A stretch of 64,000 nucleotides of DNA from Camelus dromedarius (lineage: Eukaryota). Under the pieces are notes generated by a model. It saw only the letters and a list, made by a program, of their open reading frames with translations, was not told the origin of the DNA and did not search any database. Every line of letters starts with the position of its first letter. Position 1 is the stretch's first letter. The stretch covers positions 9,426,001 through 9,490,000 of the forward strand of contig NC_087438.1 in NCBI RefSeq assembly GCF_036321535.1, read 5' to 3'. Below are positions 50,850 to 63,750 of this stretch, in pieces. The position numbers and the translations under genes were made by a program.

Positions 50850-51214
50850 TATTATGATCTGGATGTTTGCCCCCGACTCTCCAAATTACATATATTGAAA
50901 CCTAATGCCCAATGTGGTAGTATTTGAAAGTGAGGCCTTTGGGAGGTGACTTGGTCATGAGGGTTGAGCTCTCATGAATGGGACTAGTGGTCTTATAAAA
51001 GAGACCCCCACAGGGCTCCTGAACCCTTTCCATGCGAGGACACAGTGAGAAATTGGCAGTCTACAATCTGAAAGGGCCTTCACCAGAACCTGACAATGCT
51101 GGTAACTTGATCTTGAATTTCCAGCCTCCAGAACTATGGGAAATAAATTTCTGTTTTGTATAAGCTACCCAGTCTGTGGGATTTTTTTTATGGCAGCTGA
51201 AATGAACTAAGACA
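50850..51214 (+). mobile_element. MaLR LTR (MLT1A-like)
   Basis: ggcctttgggaggtgacttggtcatgaggg...ccagcctccagaactatgggaaataaatttctg...gaactaagaca. Confidence 0.88.
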
Positions 51215-51872
51215 GAAATTTGGTACTAAGAAATAACAATGCTGCTGTAACACAAAAAAAATGTGGAAGTGGCTTTGGACTTGGTTGTGGGTAGAAACTA
51301 GAAACATTTTGAGGTGAATGTTAGAAAAAAGCCTACATTGCCATGAACAGACCATTAAAAGCAATTCTAGTGAGGGTTCAGAAGGAGAGGCAGAGAGTTG
51401 TCGAGAAATCCTCTACATAAGTAGAGTCTCTCAGCAGTCATAAACAGAAAATTTGCGGACGTATAGATGGTAAAGCTCACTCTGATGAGGTCTCAGATGG
51501 AAATGAGAAACATATCATTGGAAACTGAAGAAAAGTTAGTTACTGTTGTAAAATGGCAAAGAGCTTGGCTGAATTGTGTTTGTTTAGTAGTGTTGTATAA
51601 AAGGTAAAATTTGTGAGCAATGGATATTTGGATGTTTGGCTTATGAAATTTCTAAGCAAAGTCTAGAAAAAGCTGCCTAGTTTCTCTTGAATGTTTATAT
51701 TAAAATGTGTGAAGAAAAAAAATTAAAGACAGAATTATTAATCAAAAGGGAAGCAGAGCTTAAAATTTTGGCAAATTTTCAGCCTATTCATGTTGCAAAA
51801 ACTGAGAAAAGAGAAGAGAATACTAAGCGTGTGGGCCAAGAGATCCTTTAAGAAAGAGACTAGTGTGGGTGT
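51215..51872 (+). mobile_element. MaLR internal sequence (MLT1A-int 5' part)
   Basis: Directly follows the LTR: gaaatttggtactaag...aaatgtggaagtggctttggac...ctctgatgaggtctcagatggaaatgag. Confidence 0.85.
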
Positions 51873-52552
51873 GAACGGCAAAAATGATACGATCACATCA
51901 GTAGATGCAAAAGATTTGGATGGAATGCCTCCTTTTATAATAAAAACTCTCAGCAAACTGAGTATTAAGGAAGATACCACAACATAATAAAGACCATAAT
52001 ATGACAAGCCCACTGCTAACTCAAAGGTGGAAGGTTGAAAGCTTCTTCTCTAAACTCAAGATCAAGAAAAGCATGCCCTCTTTCACTACTCCTCTTCGGT
52101 ATAGCCCTGGAAGTCCTATGCTAGCAACTAAGCAAGGAAAAGAAATAAGACGCATCCAAATTGGAAAGGGAGAAGTAACATAATTTCTGCTTGCAGATTA
52201 TATGATCTCATACATATATAAAACTCTAGAGACTAAACCAAAAACTGTTAGAACTAATAAATAAATTCAGCCAAATTACAAGGTAAAACAAAATAGAGAA
52301 ATCAGTTCCATTTCTATACAATAACAAAGAAATGCCTGAAAAGAAAATAGAGAAAATTTCATTTTCAATAGCCATCAATAAAGTACTAAAAAATAGATTT
52401 AACCAAGGAAGTGAAAGGTCTGGTCACTGAAAACTACAAGACGCTGATGAAAGAAACTGAAAAAGAAACAAATAAATAAAAAGATACCTATGTTCATAAA
52501 TTAGAAGCATTAATATTGTGAAAATGGCCACACTACTCAAAGCCATTCATAT
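51873..52552 (+). mobile_element. L1 ORF2 RT fragment, decayed
   Basis: SVDAK, IIKTLSKL, YDKPTAN, KQGKEIRRIQIGKGEV, LADYM (FADDM decayed). Confidence 0.88.
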
Positions 52553-52619
52553 AATCAGATGAAGATCTAGGTCATTTGTTTACATCGCTGGGTGGTGTTT
52601 TCTAAACGTCTAGCTGACC

Positions 52620-53250
52620 CCTTTTAATGGGTATTGGATGACATCCTGGAGGTGTAGATAAACATGGACTTGAAATTCCAAGAAAGAGATATGGACCTGG
52701 AAATCATCAACATATAAGCAGCTCTTAAAAGCCATGGGCATGGAAAAGATCACTTGGAATAATGTGCAAAGTGAGAAGGTTTATCACATTGCCAAGAAAC
52801 ACCAAGAGTTATGTGAAGAAACAGAAAAAATAGCCTTGGGAAGGAGCTGTTAGCAAGAAAGAAGGAACGTGAACAGATAGGCATATTAAGAAAGTCAACA
52901 ATAATGTGTCAGTAGAAAAGTGAAGTAAGTGAAAAACTGATGGAACTGCTGAACTGGGATATACCTAGACAGAGGGGTGATTGGGTTACGTAACAGCCTA
53001 ATTCTGGTAGGCAGAGGAATGAACAAAATGAAAAGTGAAAACAAGAAGAGATATCTTTTTTTTTTCCTCCAAGTAGCTTGGCTATAAAAGGGAGAAATTT
53101 AAAGTAAAGAAATTTAAAGTTACTTTAAATTTGTGAAGTGGAATATCATTTTTTTTTAAATACAAAAGCCTGGAGCACTCTTACTTGCCAAGGGAAAGGT
53201 CCATTAGAGACTAGATGCCATTGTTAGAAGGTAAAGCTGTAGGCATTAGT
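52620..53250 (-). mobile_element. L2 fragment
   Basis: ggaaatcatcaacatataagcagctcttaaaagccatgggcatggaaaagatcacttgg is a typical L2 antisense block. Confidence 0.65.
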
Positions 53251-53439
53251 TGTTTGTAGGCAAAAAGCATAATACAGAAACAAGCCTTAAAGTCTAAAAA
53301 TCTCAAGTATTATTATTTATTGTCTCTTTCCATGGATTATATTCTTGCAGATTCATTCAAATTTCTTTCAATTTAGATTCTGAAGTCATTTAAATTTCCA
53401 GTGATCCAATTCTGTGATCCTCTTCTGCCTTTAAAAAAA

Positions 53440-54311
53440 AATTTTAAATGAGTTTTATTGAATTCTGATTTATATAAAATAAAATTCACTAATTTTACTG
53501 TACAATTTGTTGAGTTTTCAAAGTGCATATAATTGTATGATTTAGAAAATTTTTCATTCCCTTAAAAAACTTCCTCAGGCACTCTGCAATCAATTTTCTC
53601 TATCCACTCCCTGCCCCGGGTGATCACTGACTTGCTTTCTATCTGTGTAATTTTCCTTTTAGAGAATTTCATACAAATTGCGGTATACAGAATATAGGCT
53701 CTTGAATGTGACTTCTTTCCCTTTACATTAGGTTGCATGTCCCAGCAGTCTCTCTATTTCATTGTCCCATAGTATATCATCAAATGAACGTGCTGCTACT
53801 TGTTTACCCACTCGTCAGCTGGAGAACTTTTGGCTTGTTTCCAGTTTCTGGCTACTTCTAATAAAGCTTTCATTGCCGTTCATATACAAGTGTTTGTGTG
53901 GACATATGCTGCCATTTATCCCAGATGACTCTCTAGAAGTAGAATTGCTACATCATAGGTTAATTGTCTAAGTTTATAAGAAAGTATAAAACTGTCTTTC
54001 AAAGTAGTTGTATCATTTTGTGTTCCCATCCATAATTTATTAGAAGTCTAGTTGTTCCACATTCTCACTAACACTTTTTTTCCTCAGTGGTAATTTTAGC
54101 CATTCTAGCAGCTGTGTGGTTCTATATCCTTATGCTTTGTATTTGCATTTGACTCATGACTAATGATGTTGAACATCTTTTCATGTGTTTATTTTCCATC
54201 TGTACCTCTTCTCTGGTAAAATGTCTGCTTAAGTCTTTTGTCTATTTCTTTATCTGGGTGTATTGGCACAATATTAGTAACTAGAGACTTTATTCAGATT
54301 TCATCAGCACT

Positions 54312-54347
<36 letters not shown>

Positions 54348-54700
54348 CAGACACACTGTGTATGTATGTGTGTGTATAGCTCTATGTAATTTTATCACAT
54401 GCATTGATTTGTGTAACCACCACAACAATCAAGATAGAGAACTGTTTTATCACCACAAATGAACCCCTTCATGCTACCCTTCCATGATAACACCTACACA
54501 GTCCTGGCAATAAGCAATGATTTTCAAAGAGTAAAAGGTATTAATTTGTCAATTATTTTATAGTTCATGTTTCTTACATTCAGGAAACCTTCTCCTAACC
54601 CATGGTTACTACAATTTTCTCCTGGGTTTTCTTCTAAAAGTTTTTTTCTTATCACACTTATGCTTGACCCATGTCAAGTTAGATTTTTCTCTCTAGAGGT
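53440..54700 (-). mobile_element. Old L1 (L1MB/ME-like) 3' part, with an L1MC/MD-like 3'UTR piece at ~54265-54515
   Basis: ttttattgaattctgatttatataaaataaaattcact...; gactaatgatgttgaacatcttttcatgtg; inner piece gactttattcagatttcatcag...gtgtaaccaccacaacaatcaagata. Confidence 0.82.
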
Positions 54701-54851
54701 CATGCATGTATTTTAAAAGTTTGTCTTTATGTATTTTATAATCTTTATGCTACTCAAGTTGTACTTTTTAAAACTGCCTTCTCACAAAAGCACAGGAAGC
54801 TTCCTGCAGCAGTTGGTTGCTCCATTCATTCCAAAACAGTTTCTTGTCATC

Positions 54852-55284
54852 TGTAATGGATAGAATAGTGTCCCTCAAAATTCCATGTCTACCCAGAAAG
54901 TTAGATTGTGGCCTTATTTGGAATAAGCATCCTTGCTATGTATGTAGGGTCAGGATCTTGGGGTGAGATCATCTAAGATTATCTTGGGGGCCGTCAGTCT
55001 TACGATGAGTGTCCCTAGAGGAGACAAGAGAAAATACACAGAGGGAGAGACCATGGACAGACAGAGGGAGGGACTGGAGGTATGCAACTACAAGCCAAGG
55101 ACGCAAAAGCTGCCAGCAGCTACCAGGCATGAAGCAATTCTCCCTTCTAGGATCCAGAAAGAATTCCTGCCCATTCCTTAATTTCAGATGTTGCCCTTTC
55201 AGAACTGTAGGACAATAAATTTCTGTTGTTTTAAGCCACTTAGTTTGTGATAATTTGATATGGCGACCCTAGGAAACTGATACA
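54852..55284 (+). mobile_element. MaLR LTR (MLT1B/C-like), complete, with 5-bp TSD
   Basis: tgtaatggatagaat...ccctaggaaactgataca; flanks tcatc / ttatc. Confidence 0.9.
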
Positions 55285-56130
55285 TTATCAAATGGTGGTG
55301 GTAGTTTCCTAATGTAGACAAAATTTCTAGGTTGCTGAGAGATGAGAAAAAAGATAAGATCTCTTTTTAAGTCACAATAAAATATATATTATGAGGACAC
55401 AATGAAAAACTTGGTTATGAAATAAAAAATCACCTGAACGTCCTGTATCAAACTTATAAGAATTTTTATAAGCTTGGGATAGCTCTCCATCATGAATTTA
55501 TTTATGATTTGAAATATCCTCCGGACTCACTCTTTTCCACAATGAAACTAGAATAACTATTGTATTTCCATGAAGCTGATTTTCTTGTGTCCCATCTTTA
55601 ATTCCAAGTTTCCTAAGGCTTAAAATAAATGATACTTAATTCAAAGGCAAGATTGTATTCTTATGACACCAGCATCGTCTTATAATGTCCTATATCAGTG
55701 CTCATTAAGTTAATTGAACATCTGCCTGTTGAAAACAATTAAAAGTAATTCTTTACCAGGATTGTTTCTGAAACAAGATAATTGTGAAGGTAGGTTTGTT
55801 AGTATTACTATTAAGAGATATGTTTTATTATTGTTAATAATAAACTTCTTATTAAAAGTTAATACTAAGTCCTAATATTTTGATTTATCCTACTGTTGGC
55901 TTTTGTTTTCTATACTGTGTGAAACTAGAGAAGATAGGATGCTGGTTCGGGCTAACCATTACCTGTAAGCTATGCAAATCCAAATGTGGGCAAAAATTTA
56001 AACAGTTATTTCCAGACGACCAACGTACAGTTGCAAGGTAATAATAGAAGTTACCCTGTACTCAGATCTTTCAAACTCTGTCCTCTGTACCAGAAAAGGA
56101 ATAGAAAAAGGGAAAGAAAATGAAAGCTTA

Positions 56131-57000
56131 TAATGGCCAAAATCCAGAACACCGACAACACCAAATGTTGGCAATGATGTGAAGCAACAGGAAATCTCAT
56201 TCATTGCTGGCAGTAATGCAAAATGGGATAACCACTCTGGAAGACAGTTTGATGGTGTGTTTGTTTGTTTTTGAAACACTGAAAGCACTCTTACCAAACA
56301 ATCCAGCAATTGTGTTCCTTGGTATTTGCTCAAAGGGATTGAAAACATGTCTCACAAAAACCTTCAGACAGATATTTATAGCAGCTTTATTCATAACTGC
56401 CAGAACTTGGAAGCAACCAAGATGTCCTTCAGTCAGCCAATGGCTAAATGAATTTTGTGGTATCTCCAGACAATGGAATATTATTCAACTCTAAAAAGAA
56501 ATTAATAATTAAGGCATGAGGAGAAATGGAGGGAACTTAAATGCATATTAATGGAATTAATGGAAATGGAGACTTAAAATGCTACATACCGTATGATTCC
56601 AACTATATGATATTTGGGGAAAAGTAAAACTATGAAGACAGTAAATAGATCAGTAGTCATGAGGGGTTAGGGGAGTGGGATAAGTAAGTGGAACATGAAG
56701 GATTTTCAGAGCAGTTAAAATACTCTGTATGATACTATAATGATGAATACATGCTGTTATACATTTGTCTAAACCCACAGGTATACAAGACCAAGAGTGA
56801 ACCCTAATGTAACGTATGGACTTTGGGTGATAAGGATGTGTCATTGTAGATTCATCAGTTGTAATTAAAATACTACTTTGGTGTGAGATGTTGATAATGG
56901 AGGAGGCTATGCATGTGTGGAGGTGGGAGGTATGTGGGAAATCTCTATCTTCGGCTCAATTTTGCTCTAAAAAATAAAGTCTATTAAAAGTAAATAAACA
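56131..57000 (+). mobile_element. L1MC-like 3' end
   Basis: atggccaaaatccagaacaccgacaacaccaaatg...ccaagagtgaaccctaatgtaa...ggactttgggtgataaggatgtgtc...aaataaagtctatt. Confidence 0.9.
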
Positions 57001-57309
57001 AGTGCTATGTGTATTGGGTGCTGCTGCACAGGTTCTCTAGGTTTTCTAACAACTACGATTTTTCTCTAACTCTTGTTGGGTACCATGCTTTTAGGTTTTT
57101 ATGGTAATCCTCCTTGGCTGCCCAGAGCCTGTGCAGAATCCTCATGCCACTCAGAGAATTTATATATTATATATTGTTGCTACTTCTGCTAAGGTTGCCA
57201 GGAGCAACAGGACACAGGCTTCACCCATCTTTGGGGGTCATGGGATAGGAACATGAGAAGTTCTAAAATCTCTGTATCCTTGGCTGAATTAAGAGCCATG
57301 GGGTCCTAC

Positions 57310-58110
57310 TTTGTTTCAACAAATATTATCTAAGCAATGATAGGCACCACTCTAAGTGTTAAGGAAATAACTGATCAAAGGGGCCAAAGTCTCTGATCTT
57401 AAGAGGTTACCTTCAGGCTGGGATGAGACAAGGAGAACATTTTTAAGTCAGATAATACGATGATACATAATGGTGCATGATATAAAACTAGTGAACAAAG
57501 TTTCTATTTGGTTATCTATATAGTTATATGGATAGTGAGCTTGGTGGTGAGGAAAGTAGAAGACTGAAAGAGGAGAAAATCTTGGAGCTGAGATAAAAAT
57601 GATCAGGAACCAGACATGCAAAGCATATGACAGAAGAGCATTTCAGGAAAAATAAAAACAGTGCCAATCGAGGATCGGAAGAGAGGCTTGATGAAGTTGT
57701 CCTAGTATGCCAAGGGGTTTGAGGTTCTAAGTACAGTTAGAAATTATTGAAAGACTTTAAAGAGGGATTTACATGATCTGATTTAAGGTTGTGAAATGAT
57801 CACTATGATTACTCTGACTGCTGCATGGAGACAGACTATAAAGGGACAGGAAAGGAACAAAGAAAACACACACACACACAAATAAGGGGCTATCACATAT
57901 TACAGCAGTGCAGGGGAGAAATGAAGGTACCTTGAATCAGCAGTGGATGGATAGAAATGGCTAAGCTTGACAGGTATTTTGAAGGCAGTCAATCCGACTT
58001 CTTGATAGGCTGATAGATTTGATGGGGACAGGTGGCAAGTGAAGGAAAGGTGAGAATCCAAAATGACACCAAGGCTGACTTGAATATTTGCATCAGCACT
58101 TTCGCCTAAA
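57310..58110 (-). mobile_element. L2 3' region
   Basis: ttcaacaaatattatctaagc...; catgatctgatttaaggttgtgaaatgatcact; gaatccaaaatgacaccaagg. Confidence 0.75.
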
Positions 58111-58159
58111 TGGCCTTAGGCTGCTGTTCATACCTGTTTCTTCCAATCTCAACAACACA

Positions 58160-58381
58160 TTTTGGGGAGACAATTCTCCATGTATCTTTCACATTTCTGT
58201 ACATTTTGTGGGCACTGACTACATTTATTCTGGAATATCTTTTCAAAAGTATTTGTACAGCAAAATCCTTTGAAAAAAGACAATGTGCCACTCAGGAACA
58301 AAAGACAGATTTGTTTACAATGTGGTATAATAAAGATAATGTCACCCACAGAGGCAAAAGTCAGACAGGTTTACATCCAAT

Positions 58382-58416
<35 letters not shown>

Positions 58417-58665
58417 TTCCCAAGCTCATGGCTCCTCTCTTGTAATGCAACCAGTGTGGCTTAGTCATGTTACCTGCCAATCAGGGCCCAGAGAAGCAGG
58501 GTAAATGCTGTACCCTGCATAAACTTATTGCTTTGAGTAATGAACAGTGCTTTGTCTCTGACCCAATAGCCCCATATCTACTTGATTGATAGAGTCCATG
58601 AAACTGTGGCAGGCTCACTTGCAAGAAGAGTAAAACCTCAGATGATCCCTAGTTAGTTCTTGGTA
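58160..58665 (+). mobile_element. ERVL LTR40-like solo LTR with an internal poly-A expansion
   Basis: ggggagacaattctccatg...tataataaagataatgtc...ctttgtctctgaccca...ccatgaaactgtggcaggctcacttgcaag...aaaacctcaga. Confidence 0.85.
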
Positions 58666-60296
58666 TTTATCATCAGGGAAGTCTGAAGGAGACACTCTCT
58701 TTTCATGACTATGTCAGATCACAGCATTTTTCTAATGAGCTTTTCCTTATTGCTACCAGCTTTTCAGAAGCTTCAGTTACTAAGGAATAGCAACCCATCT
58801 TGCTCACCAAACATGTTGAAAGCTCTAAGGAAGTCACAATAAATGTCATCTTTATTTTTAAAAGTCTCATATCTAGATTAATGAGTATGTGTGATAAGGA
58901 TAGCTTACAGGATTGGAGGTTTGAGTCAAGAAGACAATTTAAAATATTCTTTTTAAGCCAAAAAAGATTTATCTATAGAATTGCCTACATGATGAATTAC
59001 ATCTTTTATTTTTCCTTCCATAATTATAGAGAAGGGAATGTTTCCTAATTAGATGCAAAACATGTGCCTCTGGATATAACAAGGAATCTTGATGATCTAA
59101 AGAGATGGGATGTAACATTTGATAAATGAAGGTGCACATTAAAGAAGTGGAAAGCAATAATCATTTGAGGAGGTGAGGGAGGTGGGAGGAGCTTAAAGGG
59201 AGACAAATCTAGAAAAGATGGGAGACAATGAGAGATTGAGATAGAAACCGAGGTCAGTTTTGTAGAGCAGAGTCCACTATAAATTGGAGACAGTTACCCA
59301 CTGGAACCACCTTGTTGGAGTAATTGAAGGGACTTTCCAGGAGTTCTTGAGAGGAAGCATTAAGTACTTAAGTGTGCTTAAATTGAGTGCTTTGCTACTT
59401 AAGATATTTACTCTGTATGTTGGCACAGATTCCTTACAAGGACTATGGGAGTGTGCCCAGCCAATCAGGAACACGAGTGAGAATCTAGATCAAGGGGAGA
59501 AATGGAATGTGAGGAGGACTTCTTAAATTGGATATGGAATAACAATTTTCAGTGAAACATTTTCTGGATTCCTTCTTCTATTGAATGACCAAGGTCGTTG
59601 GTTGGTTCACTTTCAAAATGGTTGGGACTAACGTGGAAATAGATGCGAAGATGAGGAAAATGAACATATCTGAGGGAAAAGGGACATTTTATATATATAT
59701 ATATATATAATCACCCACAGCTGGCATTCCTTTTTAGTGAAGCATCATCTATAACCTCTTCCATTGGATTCTAACTTCCTGGCCCTTTAAAAATATCCTC
59801 TGTGCTCTAATCATCTTCACATCCGAATTTTTAAAACAAGATACATATATAGTGAGATTCCATCTTAACAAACTTCCAACTACAGCTTCCCACAAATATT
59901 ATCTGCTGGTAGTATTTAAGGAGACACATTTCTATTTCAAGTTCAAGCATGTCAAGAATATTAGGAAAGCCACTATCAGAGGCAAACCAGAGCAAGATAT
60001 ATAGCAAAGCTTTTATAGATGTATATTCCATGAAATTTTAACAAAGTTCACTTTGAGAGTTTTTTTTAACCTTCCTGAATTAAGAATGACTCATTTTTGT
60101 GGCTGAACAAATTACAAAAAGTAGGCCATACATTCTGATAAGCTTCTTGGGAAGAGTTGATAAATTTTCCCTTAATGGTCACATTAAGTGAAATTTTTTC
60201 ATTGCTATATTTCATTTCATAAATTGCAGTAAGTACATGTCTTAATTTGTCCCAACCTACTTATCTTCAGTTCTTCTATCTCAGTCATAACCTGTA

Positions 60297-61420
60297 TGTG
60301 GTAAGTGGAATTTTAAAGTGGTTTTCATGACCTTTAGGCTCTGGTGTTACTTTCATGATTTTGTTACCTGTAAGACAAAAAGAGATTATCCCAGTGGCCT
60401 TAATCTAACCACACAAGTTTTTTAAAGGCAGAGATTTCTCTGACTGGGGCACTAGAAGAACTCAGAGAAATTCGAGGCACAAAGACCATTGCAAGTATCA
60501 GAAAGGAAGAAATGATCCTCTGCCCTTCTAGGTTCTTCTGGCTGGCTTAAAAATTCAATTGACATGAAATAGATCAACAGGAAAAAAAGCAAACAAAACT
60601 CTTTAATAGCATGTATAGAGGGGAGAAACCCAGGAAAACTCAGTAATCTAACAAAAGAGCCAAAACCCTCACCTTAAATACCATCTTCACCTAAATACAA
60701 AAGTGGGTGTTGAGGGTAGTGGTTTGGGACTCCAAAGGGGAGGAAGGCAATTCGATTGGAGAGGGAAAGCAAATGTTTGCTTGGACCAGGCAGAGACAAC
60801 AGGACACAGAGTGGATTCTGATCTCTAGGCCCTGCTAGGTCTCCCCCCACAACACCTAGCCCATGTTCTTTGCAGAATCTCTAGTGATAGCTCTATTCTG
60901 GGAACACGCTCTTTATCTAAATTCTTTTAGGCAGTTAAGGAGATAATAAGGAAAGCTTCCTAAGTCTTCTGTTTCTTAAAAAAAAAAAAAAATCAGCTTA
61001 AATTAATCCTCATGTCAAAGAGACACATTTTGGAGTGGCAAATTTTGCTCCCCTACAGCAGCCAGATGGAGGGGACCATGTTGGGGGATGAGTTAGAGTC
61101 CTCTAGAAGGTGACAGCAGCCCCCAGCCACAGGACTAACAAGGGAAACGGAGCCCTCAGTCCTATAACTGCAAGAAACTAATTCTACCAATAATCAGAAT
61201 GATCTTGGAAACAGATTTTTTTCTCCACAGCCTCCAGTTCAGAGTTCAGCCTGCCTAATTTCTTGATTCTGATCTCATGAGACTCTAAACAAAGGACCCA
61301 TCTGAGTCCTTAGGTCAGCCTAGACTTCTGATCTACAAAACACTGATAACAGTCAATGTGTGTAGGTTTAAGATACTAAGTTTATGGTAATTTGTTACAC
61401 AAAAATATAAAATTAATATA
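60297..61420 (+). mobile_element. MaLR LTR (MLT1E-like), split by an ERV1 LTR
   Basis: 5' half tgtggtaag...gagattatccc...aaggcagagatttctctg; 3' half ccctcagtcctataactgcaagaaactaattctaccaa...ggtaatttgttac. Confidence 0.8.
60495..61057 (-). mobile_element. ERV1 LTR (MER34-like) inserted in MLT1E
   Basis: aattgacatgaaatagatcaacagg...aatcagcttaaattaatcctcatgtcaaagagacacattttggagtggcaaattttgctcccctaca; flanks gcaa / gcag. Confidence 0.75.
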
Positions 61421-61849
61421 GAGCCAGAAACCTAAATTAGGAAGTTATGATAATCCCTGCCAATACTATAGACAATATTGACAAAGTAGTCTTCTGATAT
61501 TTATTTTAAAAGATTTTTTTAAGTGGAATTTCTAGGCAAGGTTTGAGGCTCATATTATTTATTCTGTTCTTGCACAGTTTATCTCACATTTTTCTGTTAG
61601 CTGTCAATGTTTTTCTTTTTTCTTCTCTTCATTGAACTGCTATTTGATAGTGAGTATCTTAGGAAACAAACAAACCTCAGTGAATGAAGAAGATAGAATT
61701 TCCAGCAATATTGTTATATTTGGCACAAAACATTTACCTCACCTTTATTCTTGGTATTCTCAGGCTCTGTGACTTGCTAGAAAAGTTCATTAAGATCAAG
61801 TCTGTTTGATACCCTGACAACAAATCAGGTGGCAGTTCCAACTGCATAG

Positions 61850-62085
61850 AGCAGCAGTAAGGCAGTGTTGCATCCTGGAAAAGCCAGTGACTTCCTCAGC
61901 GGGTCTGCCTGGCTTCCAGTCCTGGTTCTGCCAGTTATTTACTGTGTGACCTTGAGCAAGTGATAGTGTGTTTCTTTTCTTCAAAATCAAGAGAGATAGA
62001 GTATCTATCTAATAAAAGGTGTTATAAAGATAAAAAATATTTTAGATACTTCCTGGAATATAGTGAATGCTCACTAAATTTTATA
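61850..62085 (+). mobile_element. MIR SINE
   Basis: ctgcctggcttccagtcctggttctgccagttatttactgtgtgaccttgagcaagtgat...cctggaatatagtgaatgctcactaaat. Confidence 0.8.
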
Positions 62086-62199
62086 ATGTTTAAAGGAGAG
62101 CTACGCAAGGCTAATGGCAGCTCGGAAGCAACATATTTGATTCTTGACAACTTCTACCAATGTGTTAACCAGTATTTCTTTTATCTTCCCTCTTTTTGT

Positions 62200-62755
62200 G
62201 GATACCTTCCACCATTTTCCAAGTTAGCCAAACTCAAAGCTTCAGAGTCATCTGAAGCAAAACTTTTAAAGTTGAATATCTTCTGCTTGACCTCTGATTG
62301 GTCCTATATGTTTCTATTACAGCAGTTTATAAGAGAGATGCTTGTACAAAATTTGGAGGGGGGAAGCAAAGGAGCAGCCGGATTTAGCTCCTGTATGCTG
62401 TCACTGGCCTGCTGACTCACACCATTGGCGTGAGGAGCAGCTGGGGCTGCAACTGCTCCATCCTCCCCTGGATCCTACTTTGGCTTCTCCAACTCTTGGC
62501 CCACGCGTGCGTGTTTAGCTTCATGAGCCTCAGCTCCCACAGGAGACCCATTCCACCTAGGGCAGAGGCAAAAAGGGCTGACACACGTTTCAGTCCCCTC
62601 TGGTGGGGTCCAGCTTGTACCTGTGATTATTACCTTGTTCTCACTCTCTCCCTCCTTACCTCCAGCTTCCCATCACCGTGTGGGCTTCAACCTCCAGCAT
62701 CAGACTCAAAGACAGCAGCCTTGCAGAGACTAGCTAGCTCCCATGATTGTTAGTC
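62200..62755 (+). mobile_element. ERVL LTR (LTR50/LTR52-like), decayed
   Basis: cttcaacctccagcatcagactcaaagacagcagccttgcagagact...gctcccatgattg resembles the LTR50-group 3' block. Confidence 0.55.
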
Positions 62756-63589
62756 CTGCTGCAGAAAGGGGGAGAATTAAAGTCACCAGCATGAGACTGA
62801 ATGAAAAGAAATATCAAATTAGCACCAAGAAAGCAAAAGGATGCATCTTGACTAACATATGGGAAGGCAGTTTAACTCCTGCAGGAATTTCAGAAGTGGG
62901 TGAGAAAAGGAAAGGAAGGAGATAGGATGGCACTTTGTTCTGGACAGGGTAGGCCAAGAGGCTGAGTAGGTCAGGAGAGGAATATCTCTGTCACACATAT
63001 TTCAGAGTTTTGCACAATGGCTACTTTAATAGAAATGAATAATTTTAGCCTGTATGAAAACTAATAGTTAGCAACAGCCTCACGATCGGCATTCACATAT
63101 GCATTGACACTCTTTGTGCACCCTCAGAAGCAAGGTCAAGAGGGACAAGGCTAATGAGGCAGATTCTAAGATGCTTCAGGGATGATACTTGCCTTCCTAT
63201 CAACCAAAAGGAAGGAGTGAAAATGGGGTTCAAGTTTCAGCAAAACCTTAGTTAATCAGTTGGTACTGTGGACCTTCTACTTCTCAGATGTTTCTCCTTA
63301 TCATTCACAGGACTGTTTAAACCTTCTTTCCCTTCTACTTAGAAAATTCAAAGGTGAAGTTGGACTTCTGCAGTTAAGGGCGTGAAGAATGAGCTGGCAG
63401 CTAAGTAACTCAGAGATCCCCGGTTAAGTAGTAGACATCAAACAGGCCAGACCAGGGGCTTGATTGTAGGAGTGAAGGGGAGGAGGTTCAAAGTTGAAAG
63501 GGAAAATTCTCAGTGTCTTGGAAATGACCCATGGTTGTGGTAGAGAGAAGAGAGGAATAGCAGGTTGTGTTCAGGATAATGAAGTTTCT

Positions 63590-63750
63590 GCCTGAAGGTG
63601 GCACAAATCACTTTAGTCCAAATGTCTTTAGCCAGAGCAAGTCCACATGGCTGCTCTTGAGTCAGAAGTGCAGCAAAAGTCTTCCCAGGAAAAGTGGGGG
63701 CTGCAAAGAGGAAAGCAGACTACTTGGTAAATAATACTGAGTTCTCCAAA
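63590..63750 (-). mobile_element. Old MaLR LTR fragment (MLT1K/L-like)
   Basis: gaaggtggcacaaatcactttagtccaaatgtctttagccagagcaagtccacatggctgctc. Confidence 0.5.

Noticed and set aside
61960..62753. 151-aa and 107-aa ORFs
   Set aside because: They span MIR and LTR sequence, have non-ATG starts and show no recognisable domain
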